Below are positions 49,963-58,802 of a stretch of DNA of 64,000 nucleotides, in pieces. The notes beneath the pieces were generated by a model. It made no database searches, had not been told where the DNA came from, and worked only from the letters and a program-made list of their open reading frames with translations. Position 1 is the stretch's first letter. Every line of letters begins with the position of its first letter. Where the stretch lies: assembly GCA_964388415.1 (NCBI GenBank), contig CAYMAO010000001.1, forward strand, positions 65,072-129,071, given 5' to 3'. The translations under genes and the position numbers were made by a program. Source of the stretch: an uncultured Planctomycetaceae bacterium (lineage in GTDB: Bacteria; Planctomycetota; Planctomycetia; Planctomycetales; Planctomycetaceae).

Positions 49963-50218
49963 GCTGCACCTCAATGAGAAAATCGCGAATAAGGAACGGA
50001 CCCACAGCGACCAGCGGTTCAACGCCGTGTACGCCGTTCCGCTGGCTCCGGTTGGATTTTCTCTTGGTTGTTCCTGGAATTTAGTCTAATCGCCGCAAGA
50101 GGCGCTGGGAATGATCGGACGGTGCAGGAACCGGGAAATTTTCAGATCAGCCGATCATCGTCCTCAGAGATGTTGTTGACGGAGAAGTTTTCCTGAGGCA
50201 ACCCCACCGAGACTGTGG

Positions 50219-50500
50219 TCATTCCCGAACCGTAAACCCTGTTGCATGAAACTCTTGAGTCGCAGGCAGCTCCTCGATGCGTGTCAGGCTGGCCTGAAAT
50301 TGCGTGGCGACTTTCGTCAAGAATCCCGTAACGCCATCCGACGAGCCCTGGGCCTGAAGTTCGACCGTCCCGTCCGGCAGATTGCGAACGTACCCCGCGA
50401 TCGGGAAGGAGCGGGCCAAGTGGGCCGTGGTCGCACGAAACCCAACTCCTTGTACCCGGCCATGATAAATCACACGGCGGGTGATGTTTTCCTGATTCAT
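50219..50500 (-). CDS. acylphosphatase
   Basis: Signatures VIYHGRVQGVGFR and GYVRNLPDGTVE. Confidence 0.85.
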   Translation of the reverse strand: MNQENITRRVIYHGRVQGVGFRATTAHLARSFPIAGYVRNLPDGTVELQAQGSSDGVTGFLTKVATQFQASLTRIEELPATQEFHATGFTVRE

Positions 50501-50588
50501 GGTAACGCTCTACACCGGGATCGGATAGAATTGAGTTCGTGAAATTTCCTGAGGGATCGCCGCGGAGTTCTGCAAGAAAGCCCCAGCC

Positions 50589-50813
50589 ATGTCGATGAAC
50601 CGAGACCAATTGTATCAAGCCGCTCTGGATTTGCAGGACAACGAACGACTGGAATTGGCCGGGCAATTGATGGAAACAATTTCCCCGGCTGTCGAACTCT
50701 GGGAAGCCGACAATCCCGAATTTCTCGATGAACTAGATCGGCGGAGCGACGATCAATCTCCGCCGATTCCCTGGGCGCAAGTTCGCTCGGAATTGAACTC
50801 TCATGAATCGTGA
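50589..50813 (+). CDS. putative addiction-module antitoxin (TIGR02574-like)
   Basis: 74 aa. LELAGQLMETI and C-terminal IPWAQVRSEL match the typical addiction-module component. Local GC is low. Confidence 0.65.
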   Translation: MSMNRDQLYQAALDLQDNERLELAGQLMETISPAVELWEADNPEFLDELDRRSDDQSPPIPWAQVRSELNSHES

Positions 50814-51123
50814 GGTGGATTTTCACTGGCGAGCGAGAGCGGAATTGCGGAATGTCGTGGCATGGTATCAGGCGCGTTCGCAGAGGGCTGTCAGCCAATT
50901 CCTGATTCAAATGGATCGAGCCGTCATCCGATTGGCCGACGATCCGGAATCTCTACCGCGGATGGGGAAACGATACCGATCGCTGCGGGTTGGCAAGTTT
51001 CCCTTCTTGATTGTGTTTCTCCAGCGACCAGACCTGTCTGATTTTTGTCGTCGCGGTGGCGCATTACGAGTCGGCGTTCCGGGTATTGGCGAGGCCGAAA
51101 GCCATAATCCGAACCATGGGTAG
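50803..51123 (+). CDS. RelE/ParE-family toxin (C-terminus divergent)
   Basis: Overlaps the antitoxin by 11 nt. RSLRVGKFPFLIVFLQRPD matches the ParE core (RELRVGKYPYLIFYRV). The distal C-terminus lacks the usual ILRVxH. Confidence 0.55.
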   Translation: MNREVDFHWRARAELRNVVAWYQARSQRAVSQFLIQMDRAVIRLADDPESLPRMGKRYRSLRVGKFPFLIVFLQRPDLSDFCRRGGALRVGVPGIGEAESHNPNHG

Positions 51124-51216
51124 ACGGATGCAAGCCAGGGATGCTTTTCCGTTCGGAACCCGCTCTGAGAAGTAGCATTTGGAATGATTACCGTCTTAAC
51201 GAATTGCTGAATCCTC

Positions 51217-52218
51217 ATGTTTGTCGACCAGATCTCAATCTCCTGTTTCGGCGGCGACGGCGGGCCCGGGTGTTGCAGCTTTCGCCGGGAATCGCACGTC
51301 CCGCGCGGCGGTCCCGACGGCGGCGACGGCGGCCGCGGCGGACACGTCATTCTCGAAGCCGATGAAAACGTCAGCAGCCTGGTGCATCTCGTCGGCATCA
51401 AGGACTGGAAGGCAGACAGTGGCGCGCCGGGACAAACGGCACTGAAAACCGGCCGTGACGGCGAAGACATCGTCATCCGCGTGCCGCCCGGAACCATTCT
51501 CCGCGATGCCCAGCGCGGGTTCGTCCTGAAGGACATGACCCGCCACGGCGACCGGGTGATCGTTGCGAAAGGAGGCGCCGGCGGCCGCGGCAATGCGGGG
51601 TATATGACGTCGACCAATCGTGCCCCGCGCGAGTTCACGCCGGGTGATGAGGGCGAACAGCGAGACCTCGTCCTGGAACTGAAAGTCATCGCCGACGTCG
51701 GACTGGTCGGCAAGCCGAACGCCGGCAAATCGACGCTGCTCAGCCGCTTGTCGCGTGCAACGCCCGAGATCGCCAATTATCCCTTCACTACCAAATCGCC
51801 GAACCTGGGGGTCGTCAACGTCGGCACGGACCGTCAATTCGTCCTGGCGGATATTCCGGGGCTGATCGAAGGGGCGCACGCCGGGGTCGGCCTGGGACAT
51901 GAGTTCCTCAAGCACGTGGAACGGACGCGCGTCTTGCTGCACCTGGTCGAACCGCAGCCCGACGATCAATCCGACCCGATCCAGAACTACCTGTCGATCC
52001 GTGAAGAATTGCGATTGTATGACGCCGCGCTGGCCGAGCGGCCGGAACTGGTCGTCGTCACGAAGGGCGAACTGGAGGACGCCGCGGCGATTGCGGAACT
52101 CCTGAATGAAACGATCCATCGCCCGGTGCTGGTGATTTCCGCCGTTACCGGTAAAGGGCTGCCGCAATTGATCCAGGCCACCGTCAAGCTGCTGGATGAC
52201 CTGAACGAACCGCAATAG
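51217..52218 (+). CDS. obg: GTPase Obg
   Basis: Gly-rich Obg fold (GGDGGPGCCSFRRE...GGPDGGDGGRGG). G1 GKPNAGKST. DIPGLIEGA. Confidence 0.9.
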   Translation: MFVDQISISCFGGDGGPGCCSFRRESHVPRGGPDGGDGGRGGHVILEADENVSSLVHLVGIKDWKADSGAPGQTALKTGRDGEDIVIRVPPGTILRDAQRGFVLKDMTRHGDRVIVAKGGAGGRGNAGYMTSTNRAPREFTPGDEGEQRDLVLELKVIADVGLVGKPNAGKSTLLSRLSRATPEIANYPFTTKSPNLGVVNVGTDRQFVLADIPGLIEGAHAGVGLGHEFLKHVERTRVLLHLVEPQPDDQSDPIQNYLSIREELRLYDAALAERPELVVVTKGELEDAAAIAELLNETIHRPVLVISAVTGKGLPQLIQATVKLLDDLNEPQ

Positions 52219-52229
52219 GCTGTTCTGCC

Positions 52230-52258
52230 CAAAGCCCGGTGTCGGCGACGCCGGGACC
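52230..52258. repeat. REP-like palindromic element copy B: CAAAGCCCGGTGTCGGCGACGCCGGGACC
   Basis: Same unit as 38598 with a single G·T wobble in the stem. Lies downstream of obg. Confidence 0.7.
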
Positions 52259-52352
52259 TTGCTGGCGAACGCACCCTCCTCACACGTTCCGAACTTTCTG
52301 ACTCGCATCCGGTGCGCGCAGCGACTACCATCATGAGTCCGATCCCCGGCTG

Positions 52353-54044
52353 GTGATGCGCTCCCTGACGACACGGAACCGTAATCGTATGGCTCACGAG
52401 CAGACTCCGAACGCCCTGTCTGATTTCACGCCCCCGCATCCGGGAACCTCGCAAATGCCCCGCTGGGACGGCGGCGAATTGCCGGCCCCGCCGGAGTTTC
52501 GACTGCGGAATTGGGCGTTGATGCTCGGTCCCGGACTGGTGATGGGAGCTTCGGCGATCGGGGGAGGGGAATGGCTGACCGGTCCGCTGATCACGGCTCG
52601 GTTTGGCGGCGGGCTGTTCTGGCTGGCGACGCTCAGCATTCTCGGCCAGACGATTTATAACGTCGAGATCAGCCGGTACACGCTCTACTGCGGCGAGCCA
52701 ATTTTTACAGGCAAATTTCGTATTCTTCCCGGACCGATGTTTTGGGTGTTTTTGTATCTGCTGCTGGACTTCGGCTCGTTCATGCCGTACCTGGCCAAGA
52801 GTGCGTCGATACCGCTGTTGACGTTGTACTACGGCTACGTACCGGAATTGAAAGAGATCCCCCTTCAGTACAGCATCGTCTCCTGCGTGCTGTTCGTCAT
52901 GCTGCTGATTCCGCTCTTGGTGGGGGGCAAAGTTTATAACTCGATGAAAGCCGTGATGACGTTCAAGTTGATCTTTGTCTTGTCGTTTCTCATGTTTCTG
53001 GCGGTGTGCTTTTCCTCCCCCGCCGTGTGGGAAAATCTGATCGGCGGTTTTTTCAAGTTTGGCAACATTCCGATCGTGCCCGTCGAACCGGGAGGCGCCA
53101 ACCTGGACAACGTGTTCGTCGCGCTCTGGGAAGGACGCCCGTGGCCAAAAATTGACATGACGGTGATCAGCCTGGTCATGGCGATGGCGGCCATTGCCGG
53201 GAATGGTGGACTCACCAACACGCCGATCAGTTCCTACACCCGCGATCAGGGCTGGGGGATGGGCAAGCACGTCGGTGCCATCCCCAGCGTCGTCGGCGGC
53301 CATGCCATCGAATTGTCACACGTCGGCATGGTGTTCCCGCCAAATTCCGAGACGTTACCGCGGTGGCGCGGATGGGTGCGTCACGTCATGCGGGAACAAT
53401 GGGGGCTCTGGATGCCCGCCTGCTTCATCGGGCTGGCGCTGCCCAGCATGCTTTCGCGAGTTTTTCTGCCGCACAACTCGATTCTCCCGAACCCGAATAC
53501 TGCAGCGGCAATGACGGCCCTCAAAGTCGGCGAATCTGTGGGGGCTGCCTTCGGAACGCAACTCGGGTCGCTGTTCTGGTTTTTGACGCTGTTTTGCGGT
53601 TTGCTGATACTGGGGACCAGTTGCGCCGCCACGGCGGATGGTGTGCTTCGCCGCTGGATCGACGTCTTTTGGACCGGCTTGCCCATGCTGCGGAAGTGGG
53701 ACGCCAAACATATCGGCAAGCTCTATTTCGGCACGCTGATGGCGTACGCCGCCATTGGACTGTTGATGCTGATCTTCGTGGACGGGACGCAATTATTGAC
53801 CATCTCGACAATGATTTACAATTACGCGCTGGGCTTCAGCTGTTTCCATGTCCTGATCGTCAATTTGACGCTGCTGCCGAAGGAATTGCGACCAGGCTGG
53901 TTCCCGCGGATTGGCCTCGCGGTTGCCGGTGTCTTCTTCATCTGTTTCGCGGTCATGTCGATGCTGGCGAAACTGGAAGAATTGAAAGTCATCGACTGGT
54001 TCGAACCGTATGAAACGTCCGCAGCTGTAACAACCGAGAAGTAG
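52353..54044 (+). CDS. Nramp-family divalent metal transporter
   Basis: GPGLVMGASAIGGGEWLTGP resembles the Nramp N-terminal motif. ~11 TM helices. Start is ambiguous (GTG 52353, ATG 52356 or ATG 52389). Confidence 0.65.
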   Translation: MMRSLTTRNRNRMAHEQTPNALSDFTPPHPGTSQMPRWDGGELPAPPEFRLRNWALMLGPGLVMGASAIGGGEWLTGPLITARFGGGLFWLATLSILGQTIYNVEISRYTLYCGEPIFTGKFRILPGPMFWVFLYLLLDFGSFMPYLAKSASIPLLTLYYGYVPELKEIPLQYSIVSCVLFVMLLIPLLVGGKVYNSMKAVMTFKLIFVLSFLMFLAVCFSSPAVWENLIGGFFKFGNIPIVPVEPGGANLDNVFVALWEGRPWPKIDMTVISLVMAMAAIAGNGGLTNTPISSYTRDQGWGMGKHVGAIPSVVGGHAIELSHVGMVFPPNSETLPRWRGWVRHVMREQWGLWMPACFIGLALPSMLSRVFLPHNSILPNPNTAAAMTALKVGESVGAAFGTQLGSLFWFLTLFCGLLILGTSCAATADGVLRRWIDVFWTGLPMLRKWDAKHIGKLYFGTLMAYAAIGLLMLIFVDGTQLLTISTMIYNYALGFSCFHVLIVNLTLLPKELRPGWFPRIGLAVAGVFFICFAVMSMLAKLEELKVIDWFEPYETSAAVTTEK

Positions 54045-54058
54045 GCCGAGCTCTCCTG

Positions 54059-54784
54059 ATGAACGAACTTCGCGAACAGCTCAGTTGGCTGCTGCACATC
54101 CAGGATCGCCTGGACGACATGATCACGCTGTTTGGTCCCTGGACCTACGTGATCCTGTTTCTGGTCATCTTCTGCGAGACGGGCCTCGTCGTGACGCCGT
54201 TTCTGCCGGGTGATTCGCTGCTGTTCGCCGCCGGGGCGTTCGCGGCTTTGAACCCTCAGCATCTCAACATCTGGGTGATGTTCGTCGTGCTGAGCGTGGC
54301 GGCAATTCTGGGGGACACGGTGAATTACTGGATCGGCAAATGGATCGGACCTAAGGCTTTCAGCGGGAAGATTTGGTTTCTCAAACAGGACCATCTGCGA
54401 AAGACGGAAGCGTTTTACGAGAAGTACGGGGCCAAGGCGATTGTGCTGGCCCGGTTTGTGCCGATCGTCCGGACGTTCATTCCGTTCGTGGCGGGGATCG
54501 GGGCGATGAACTATCAGCAGTTCATTGCTTACAACATCCTGGGCGGGATCGCCTGGGTCGGGATCTGTACGTGGGCCGGCTACTTTTTTGGAAATTTCCC
54601 CTGGGTGAAAGACCATTTTGAAGCCGTTGTGGTGGCGATCATCGCGCTCTCGGTGCTGCCGATGGTCTGGGAAATTTATGCCTCGCGACGCTGGCCGGAG
54701 CCTCATGTGGCGAACGGCGAACTGCCCGCAACCGACGGCGAACCCGCAAGCGGCCAACCCGCATCCATCAACTCTCAACTCTGA
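54059..54784 (+). CDS. DedA-family membrane protein
   Basis: VVTPFLPGDSLLFAAGAFA DedA/SNARE-associated signature. Confidence 0.8.
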   Translation: MNELREQLSWLLHIQDRLDDMITLFGPWTYVILFLVIFCETGLVVTPFLPGDSLLFAAGAFAALNPQHLNIWVMFVVLSVAAILGDTVNYWIGKWIGPKAFSGKIWFLKQDHLRKTEAFYEKYGAKAIVLARFVPIVRTFIPFVAGIGAMNYQQFIAYNILGGIAWVGICTWAGYFFGNFPWVKDHFEAVVVAIIALSVLPMVWEIYASRRWPEPHVANGELPATDGEPASGQPASINSQL

Positions 54785-54792
54785 ACCAAATC

Positions 54793-56478
54793 ATGAACAA
54801 CGGCGGCAAAGAACGTTGGGCCTCACGGATTGGCCTGGTGCTGGCGATGGCCGGGAATGCCGTTGGCTTGGGGAATTTCCTGCGTTTTCCGGCCCAGGCG
54901 GCGAAAAACGGCGGCGGGGCGTTTCTGATTCCGTACTTCGTGGCGTTTGTCGTTGTCGGCCTGCCGCTCGTCTGGATCGAATGGACGATGGGCCGTTATG
55001 GCGGGCAGTTCGGGCATCACTCGACACCCGGTATCTTCGATGCGATGGGGAAAAAGAAATTCTGGAAGTATCTCGGCGTGTTCGGCCTGTGGGGCAACCT
55101 GATCATCGCCGCGTTTTATCTGTATATCGAATCATGGTGCATTGCCTACGCTGGGTTTGCGTTAGGCAACGGGTTCGCTCATCAGTCCGGTCTGGAATAT
55201 TTTAAGTTGGTGACGGGCGAGAAGCCGGGGGAACTTCAGGCGGTCAGCCCCTATGGCCTGAAAATTTTCGCGGTTTGCGTCGCAATTAACATCTATATAC
55301 TCTCGCGCGGCCTGGCCAAAGGGATCGAACTGGTCTGTAAGATCGGGATGCCCTTGTTGATGCTGTTTGCCGCCTTCCTGGCGATTCGCGGATTGATGAT
55401 CTCGCCGGCGCTCGATGGCGCGCACGTCAAAGCCAGTCCGCTTGTGGGGTTGAATTTCGTCTGGGAACCAAAGTTCGATCAACTGACCAATCCGGCGGTC
55501 TGGCTGGCCGCCGCCGGGCAGATCTTCTTCACGTTGTCGATCGGCATGGGCTCCATGCATTGTTATGCATCCTACCTGCGGAAAAACGACGATGTGACAT
55601 TGAACGGCGCGACCGGAGCCTGGACAAACGAATTTTGCGAAGTGGTGCTCGGCGGGAGCATTCTGATTCCGATCGCCGTGGCCTACTTGGGGCTGCAGGA
55701 AGTGCAAAGCGCCGTGGGCGGCGGATCGGGGTTCGGGCTGGGATTCATGGTCTTTCCCACGCTGTTCAATAATTGGGGCGCATTGGCGCCCGCGGCCGGG
55801 TTTATGTGGTTCGGCCTGTTGTTCTTTGCGGCAATTACCAGTTCGCTGGCGATGGGGCAGCCGATCATGGCGTTTCTGCAGGACGAATTCGGTTTCTCCC
55901 GCGAGAAAAGCGCACTCGCATTCGGCGGCATGTTGTTGCCGCTCGCGCTGCCGGTCGCGCTGCTCAGCCAGGCGAGTTTCTTCGATGAATTCGACTACTG
56001 GGCTGGAACGCTGGGGCTGGTCCTCATGGCCGTAGCGGAATCCGTGCTGTTCTGCTGGGTGTTCGGCGTCAACAAGGGCTGGGACGAGATGATGCGCGGC
56101 GCCGATCTGAAAGTGCCCCGCTTCTTCTTTTATATCATGAAGTATGTCACGCCGACGTTTCTGATCGTGATTCTCACCGCCTATGTCTTCCTGCCCGAGG
56201 CGGGATGGGAAACGTATCTCGGCGCTGGACCGAAGGACAAACCGATCCCGGCCTGGAAATGGTCTAAAGACGGCATGATCGGAAAGCTGCTGCATTACGA
56301 TCTGCCGATGAAAGCCGATGCCACGCCCGAAGAAATCGAATTCAACAACGACCTGAAAATGGTACGGACCGTCGATCGCGTGATCATGGTCACGGTCTTC
56401 GTCGGCTTCTCCGGGCTGGTCAGCCTGGCGTGGAGTCGGCGTGAGAGAAAAATCCAGACAGCGGAGGGTGTTGCATGA
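54793..56478 (+). CDS. sodium-dependent transporter (NSS/SNF family)
   Basis: GLGNFLRFP NSS signature in TM1. 11-12 TM helices. Confidence 0.85.
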   Translation: MNNGGKERWASRIGLVLAMAGNAVGLGNFLRFPAQAAKNGGGAFLIPYFVAFVVVGLPLVWIEWTMGRYGGQFGHHSTPGIFDAMGKKKFWKYLGVFGLWGNLIIAAFYLYIESWCIAYAGFALGNGFAHQSGLEYFKLVTGEKPGELQAVSPYGLKIFAVCVAINIYILSRGLAKGIELVCKIGMPLLMLFAAFLAIRGLMISPALDGAHVKASPLVGLNFVWEPKFDQLTNPAVWLAAAGQIFFTLSIGMGSMHCYASYLRKNDDVTLNGATGAWTNEFCEVVLGGSILIPIAVAYLGLQEVQSAVGGGSGFGLGFMVFPTLFNNWGALAPAAGFMWFGLLFFAAITSSLAMGQPIMAFLQDEFGFSREKSALAFGGMLLPLALPVALLSQASFFDEFDYWAGTLGLVLMAVAESVLFCWVFGVNKGWDEMMRGADLKVPRFFFYIMKYVTPTFLIVILTAYVFLPEAGWETYLGAGPKDKPIPAWKWSKDGMIGKLLHYDLPMKADATPEEIEFNNDLKMVRTVDRVIMVTVFVGFSGLVSLAWSRRERKIQTAEGVA

Positions 56479-56600
56479 CAACCTGGGCGTGGGTCTTCAT
56501 GTTCGGTGCCTGGGCCGTGATCATCGGCTGCATGGTGTATTGTTTTTCCAAGCTGCTTTTCTCGCCGCGCGGCTTGGGCGATGATGTTTCGGAATCGTAA
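56475..56600 (+). CDS. 41-aa single-TM small protein translationally coupled to the NSS transporter
   Basis: ATG overlaps the NSS stop (ATGA). MTTWAWVFMFGAWAVIIGCMVYCFSKLLFSPRGLGDDVSES. Below the ORF-track length cutoff. Confidence 0.45.
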   Translation: MTTWAWVFMFGAWAVIIGCMVYCFSKLLFSPRGLGDDVSES

Positions 56601-56659
56601 ACTTGCAAACGTCTTCGCCCCGGCGAACCGCTCGAGGCAACTCCTGAGAAAGCACCGTC

Positions 56660-56968
56660 ATGCCAAGTTTTTCCAGCGAACCGATCCTCAAAACGGCCCG
56701 GCGCGAAATGTTCTCCGCGGCCGGCGTCTGGCTCGCCACACTCTGCTGGTCCGTCGGATATTGTGCGAACTACGGATATGATCTGCAGCCCGAAGACCTG
56801 ACATTCGTGTTCGGTTTTCCGACCTGGATTTTCTATGGCGTCGTGCTGCCGTGGTGGCTGTGCACGCTGATCTCCGGCGTGTTTGCGTTTGGATTCATGC
56901 AGGATGCCGACCTCGGCGAAACCGATGAAGGGCCGTCGGCTGCGGAGGGCGAAGATGCCGGTCGCTAA
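56660..56968 (+). CDS. small 2-TM membrane protein, putative SSS-transporter-associated small subunit (DUF4212/DUF485-like)
   Basis: Two hydrophobic helices and an acidic C-terminal tail. Overlaps the start of the downstream SSS gene by 14 nt. Confidence 0.55.
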   Translation: MPSFSSEPILKTARREMFSAAGVWLATLCWSVGYCANYGYDLQPEDLTFVFGFPTWIFYGVVLPWWLCTLISGVFAFGFMQDADLGETDEGPSAAEGEDAGR

Positions 56969-58703
56969 TTTTGGATTTCTGCTTGCCGAGGCCGCGGGGA
57001 AATCCGCCGCGGACAAGCCTGGCGCGTTCGTGTTCGTCGCGCTGATGGTGTTCATTGCCGCCTCGGTCTGGCTGGGCACGCTGGCCCAGTCGGCCATGGA
57101 CAAGAAAAAATTCCTCGAAGGTTTTTTTCTGGGCAACCGCGGCCTCGGGGCCTGGGCGCTCGCGCTGACGGCCACCGTGCAGAGCGGCGGGACATTCATG
57201 GGCTTTCCGTCGCTGGTTTACAGCTCCGGGTGGATCGTCACACTGTGGATCGGCAGTTACATGGTCGTCCCGCTCACCGGGTTTACGATTCTAGGCAAAC
57301 GGCTGGCGCAGCTTTCCCGCAAGGCGAACGCCATCACCGTCCCCGATCTGCTGCGCACCCGCTTCGATGATCCCCGCGTCGGGCTGACGGCGTCGCTGCT
57401 GATCATGCTGTTCATGAGCATCATGATGATCGCCCAGTTCAAAGCCGGCGCGATCGTGATGAAGCTCTCCGCGGGCGACCTGATGGCCTTTTCCGAAGAC
57501 GCCGAGGTCAAGATCGACTGGCAGTATTACATCGGCCTGACCGTCTTTTCGCTGACCGTCATCGGCTACACGATGATCGGCGGATTTCTCGCGTCCGTCT
57601 GGACCGACTTGTTTCAAAGCGTGATGATGTTCTTCGGCGTGATGGTGCTGCTGGCGTTAGCGCTGATTGCCGTCACGAAGGAAGCCGAGCAGACGTCACT
57701 GACCGCGGGCATGGAGCAAGCCACGCGAAACGCCGTGGAAAAGACGTCGATGCGGTTTGCCTCCGGTCCTGGTTATGCAACCAAGCCGAATCCCGATTTT
57801 GTGAAGGGACGAACGGACAATCAAGTCCCGGAGGAGATCGAAGCTCCAGAACACGGCTTTCTGCCGGTGGGCCTGGCGTTTTCCATGTTTTTCGTCTGGG
57901 TCTGGGGAGGCTGGGCCTCGCCGGCGAGCATGGTCCGCGTGATGGCGGCGTCCAATACCGAGGTCATGCGGAAATCGATTTTTCTGCTCTCGTGCTACAA
58001 CTGCTGCATCTATCTCCCCTTGATTGTCATCTGCGTCTGCGGCCGAACGATTATTCCGGACCTGGTGCAGACCGATGAAATCATCCCCCGGCTGGCCATC
58101 CGGCTGACGCAGGAAATCCCCGGCGGGTCCATGATCACGGCGCTCATTCTCGCCGCTCCGTTCGGGGCGATCATGGCCACGGTCAGCTGTTATCTGCTCG
58201 TGATCGCCTCCGGACTGGTTCAGGACGTGTATCTGCGATTCATCAACCCAGGGGCAACGTCGAAGGAACTTCGGTTCTGGACGAATGTGTCGATGGTCGG
58301 CATCGGAGTCGCGGCCATTCTCGCCAATCTCGATCCGCCCAAATATCTGCAGGCGCTCGTGGTGATGAGCACGTCGTGCGGGGCGGCGGCCCTGGCGGTT
58401 CCCATGCTCATGGCCTGCTATTGGCGCAAGGCGACCTCCGCTGGCGTACTGACCGCCATGCTGACTGGCTCGGGAACCGTGCTGTTGTTGTTCGGCCTGG
58501 GACAGCTTCCACTCGATTGGCTCGGTCCGCCGCAGACCATCGGCATGACAAAAGGCTTCAAGCCGTATTTCGTCTACGGCCTGGAACCCGTCGTCTGGGG
58601 GCTGCTGGTCTCGGCAATCGCCGGTGTCGGCGTGAGCCTGGTCACCAGGCCGCCGCACGAAGACCATCTGGCAAAATACTTCGACGCGCCGTTGGCGAAA
58701 TAA
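56955..58703 (+). CDS. sodium:solute symporter (SSS) family transporter
   Basis: ~13 TM helices. SSS-like features (GGFLASVWTDLFQ...). ATG 56955. Track start is 56883. Confidence 0.8.
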   Translation: MPVANFGFLLAEAAGKSAADKPGAFVFVALMVFIAASVWLGTLAQSAMDKKKFLEGFFLGNRGLGAWALALTATVQSGGTFMGFPSLVYSSGWIVTLWIGSYMVVPLTGFTILGKRLAQLSRKANAITVPDLLRTRFDDPRVGLTASLLIMLFMSIMMIAQFKAGAIVMKLSAGDLMAFSEDAEVKIDWQYYIGLTVFSLTVIGYTMIGGFLASVWTDLFQSVMMFFGVMVLLALALIAVTKEAEQTSLTAGMEQATRNAVEKTSMRFASGPGYATKPNPDFVKGRTDNQVPEEIEAPEHGFLPVGLAFSMFFVWVWGGWASPASMVRVMAASNTEVMRKSIFLLSCYNCCIYLPLIVICVCGRTIIPDLVQTDEIIPRLAIRLTQEIPGGSMITALILAAPFGAIMATVSCYLLVIASGLVQDVYLRFINPGATSKELRFWTNVSMVGIGVAAILANLDPPKYLQALVVMSTSCGAAALAVPMLMACYWRKATSAGVLTAMLTGSGTVLLLFGLGQLPLDWLGPPQTIGMTKGFKPYFVYGLEPVVWGLLVSAIAGVGVSLVTRPPHEDHLAKYFDAPLAK

Positions 58704-58802
58704 GCCCGCAGCGCGAGCAAGGGACGCGAATCACGAGCCACGAGCCTCGAGCGTCAGCGGCCGGTCCGTCCTCATCCCTGTCGGTCGGGGCGATCTTCGG
58801 AA

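Noticed and set aside
52219-52352. Possible Mn riboswitch (yybP-ykoY) upstream of the Nramp transporter
   Set aside because: Looked for the conserved GGAGAGTAG / TTGACAT-type cores and did not find them. The spacer instead contains REP-like copy B.
55162-56481. 439-aa ORF on the minus strand
   Set aside because: Antisense to the NSS transporter, which has the GLGNFLRFP signature.
57696-58667. 323-aa ORF on the minus strand
   Set aside because: Antisense to the SSS transporter.
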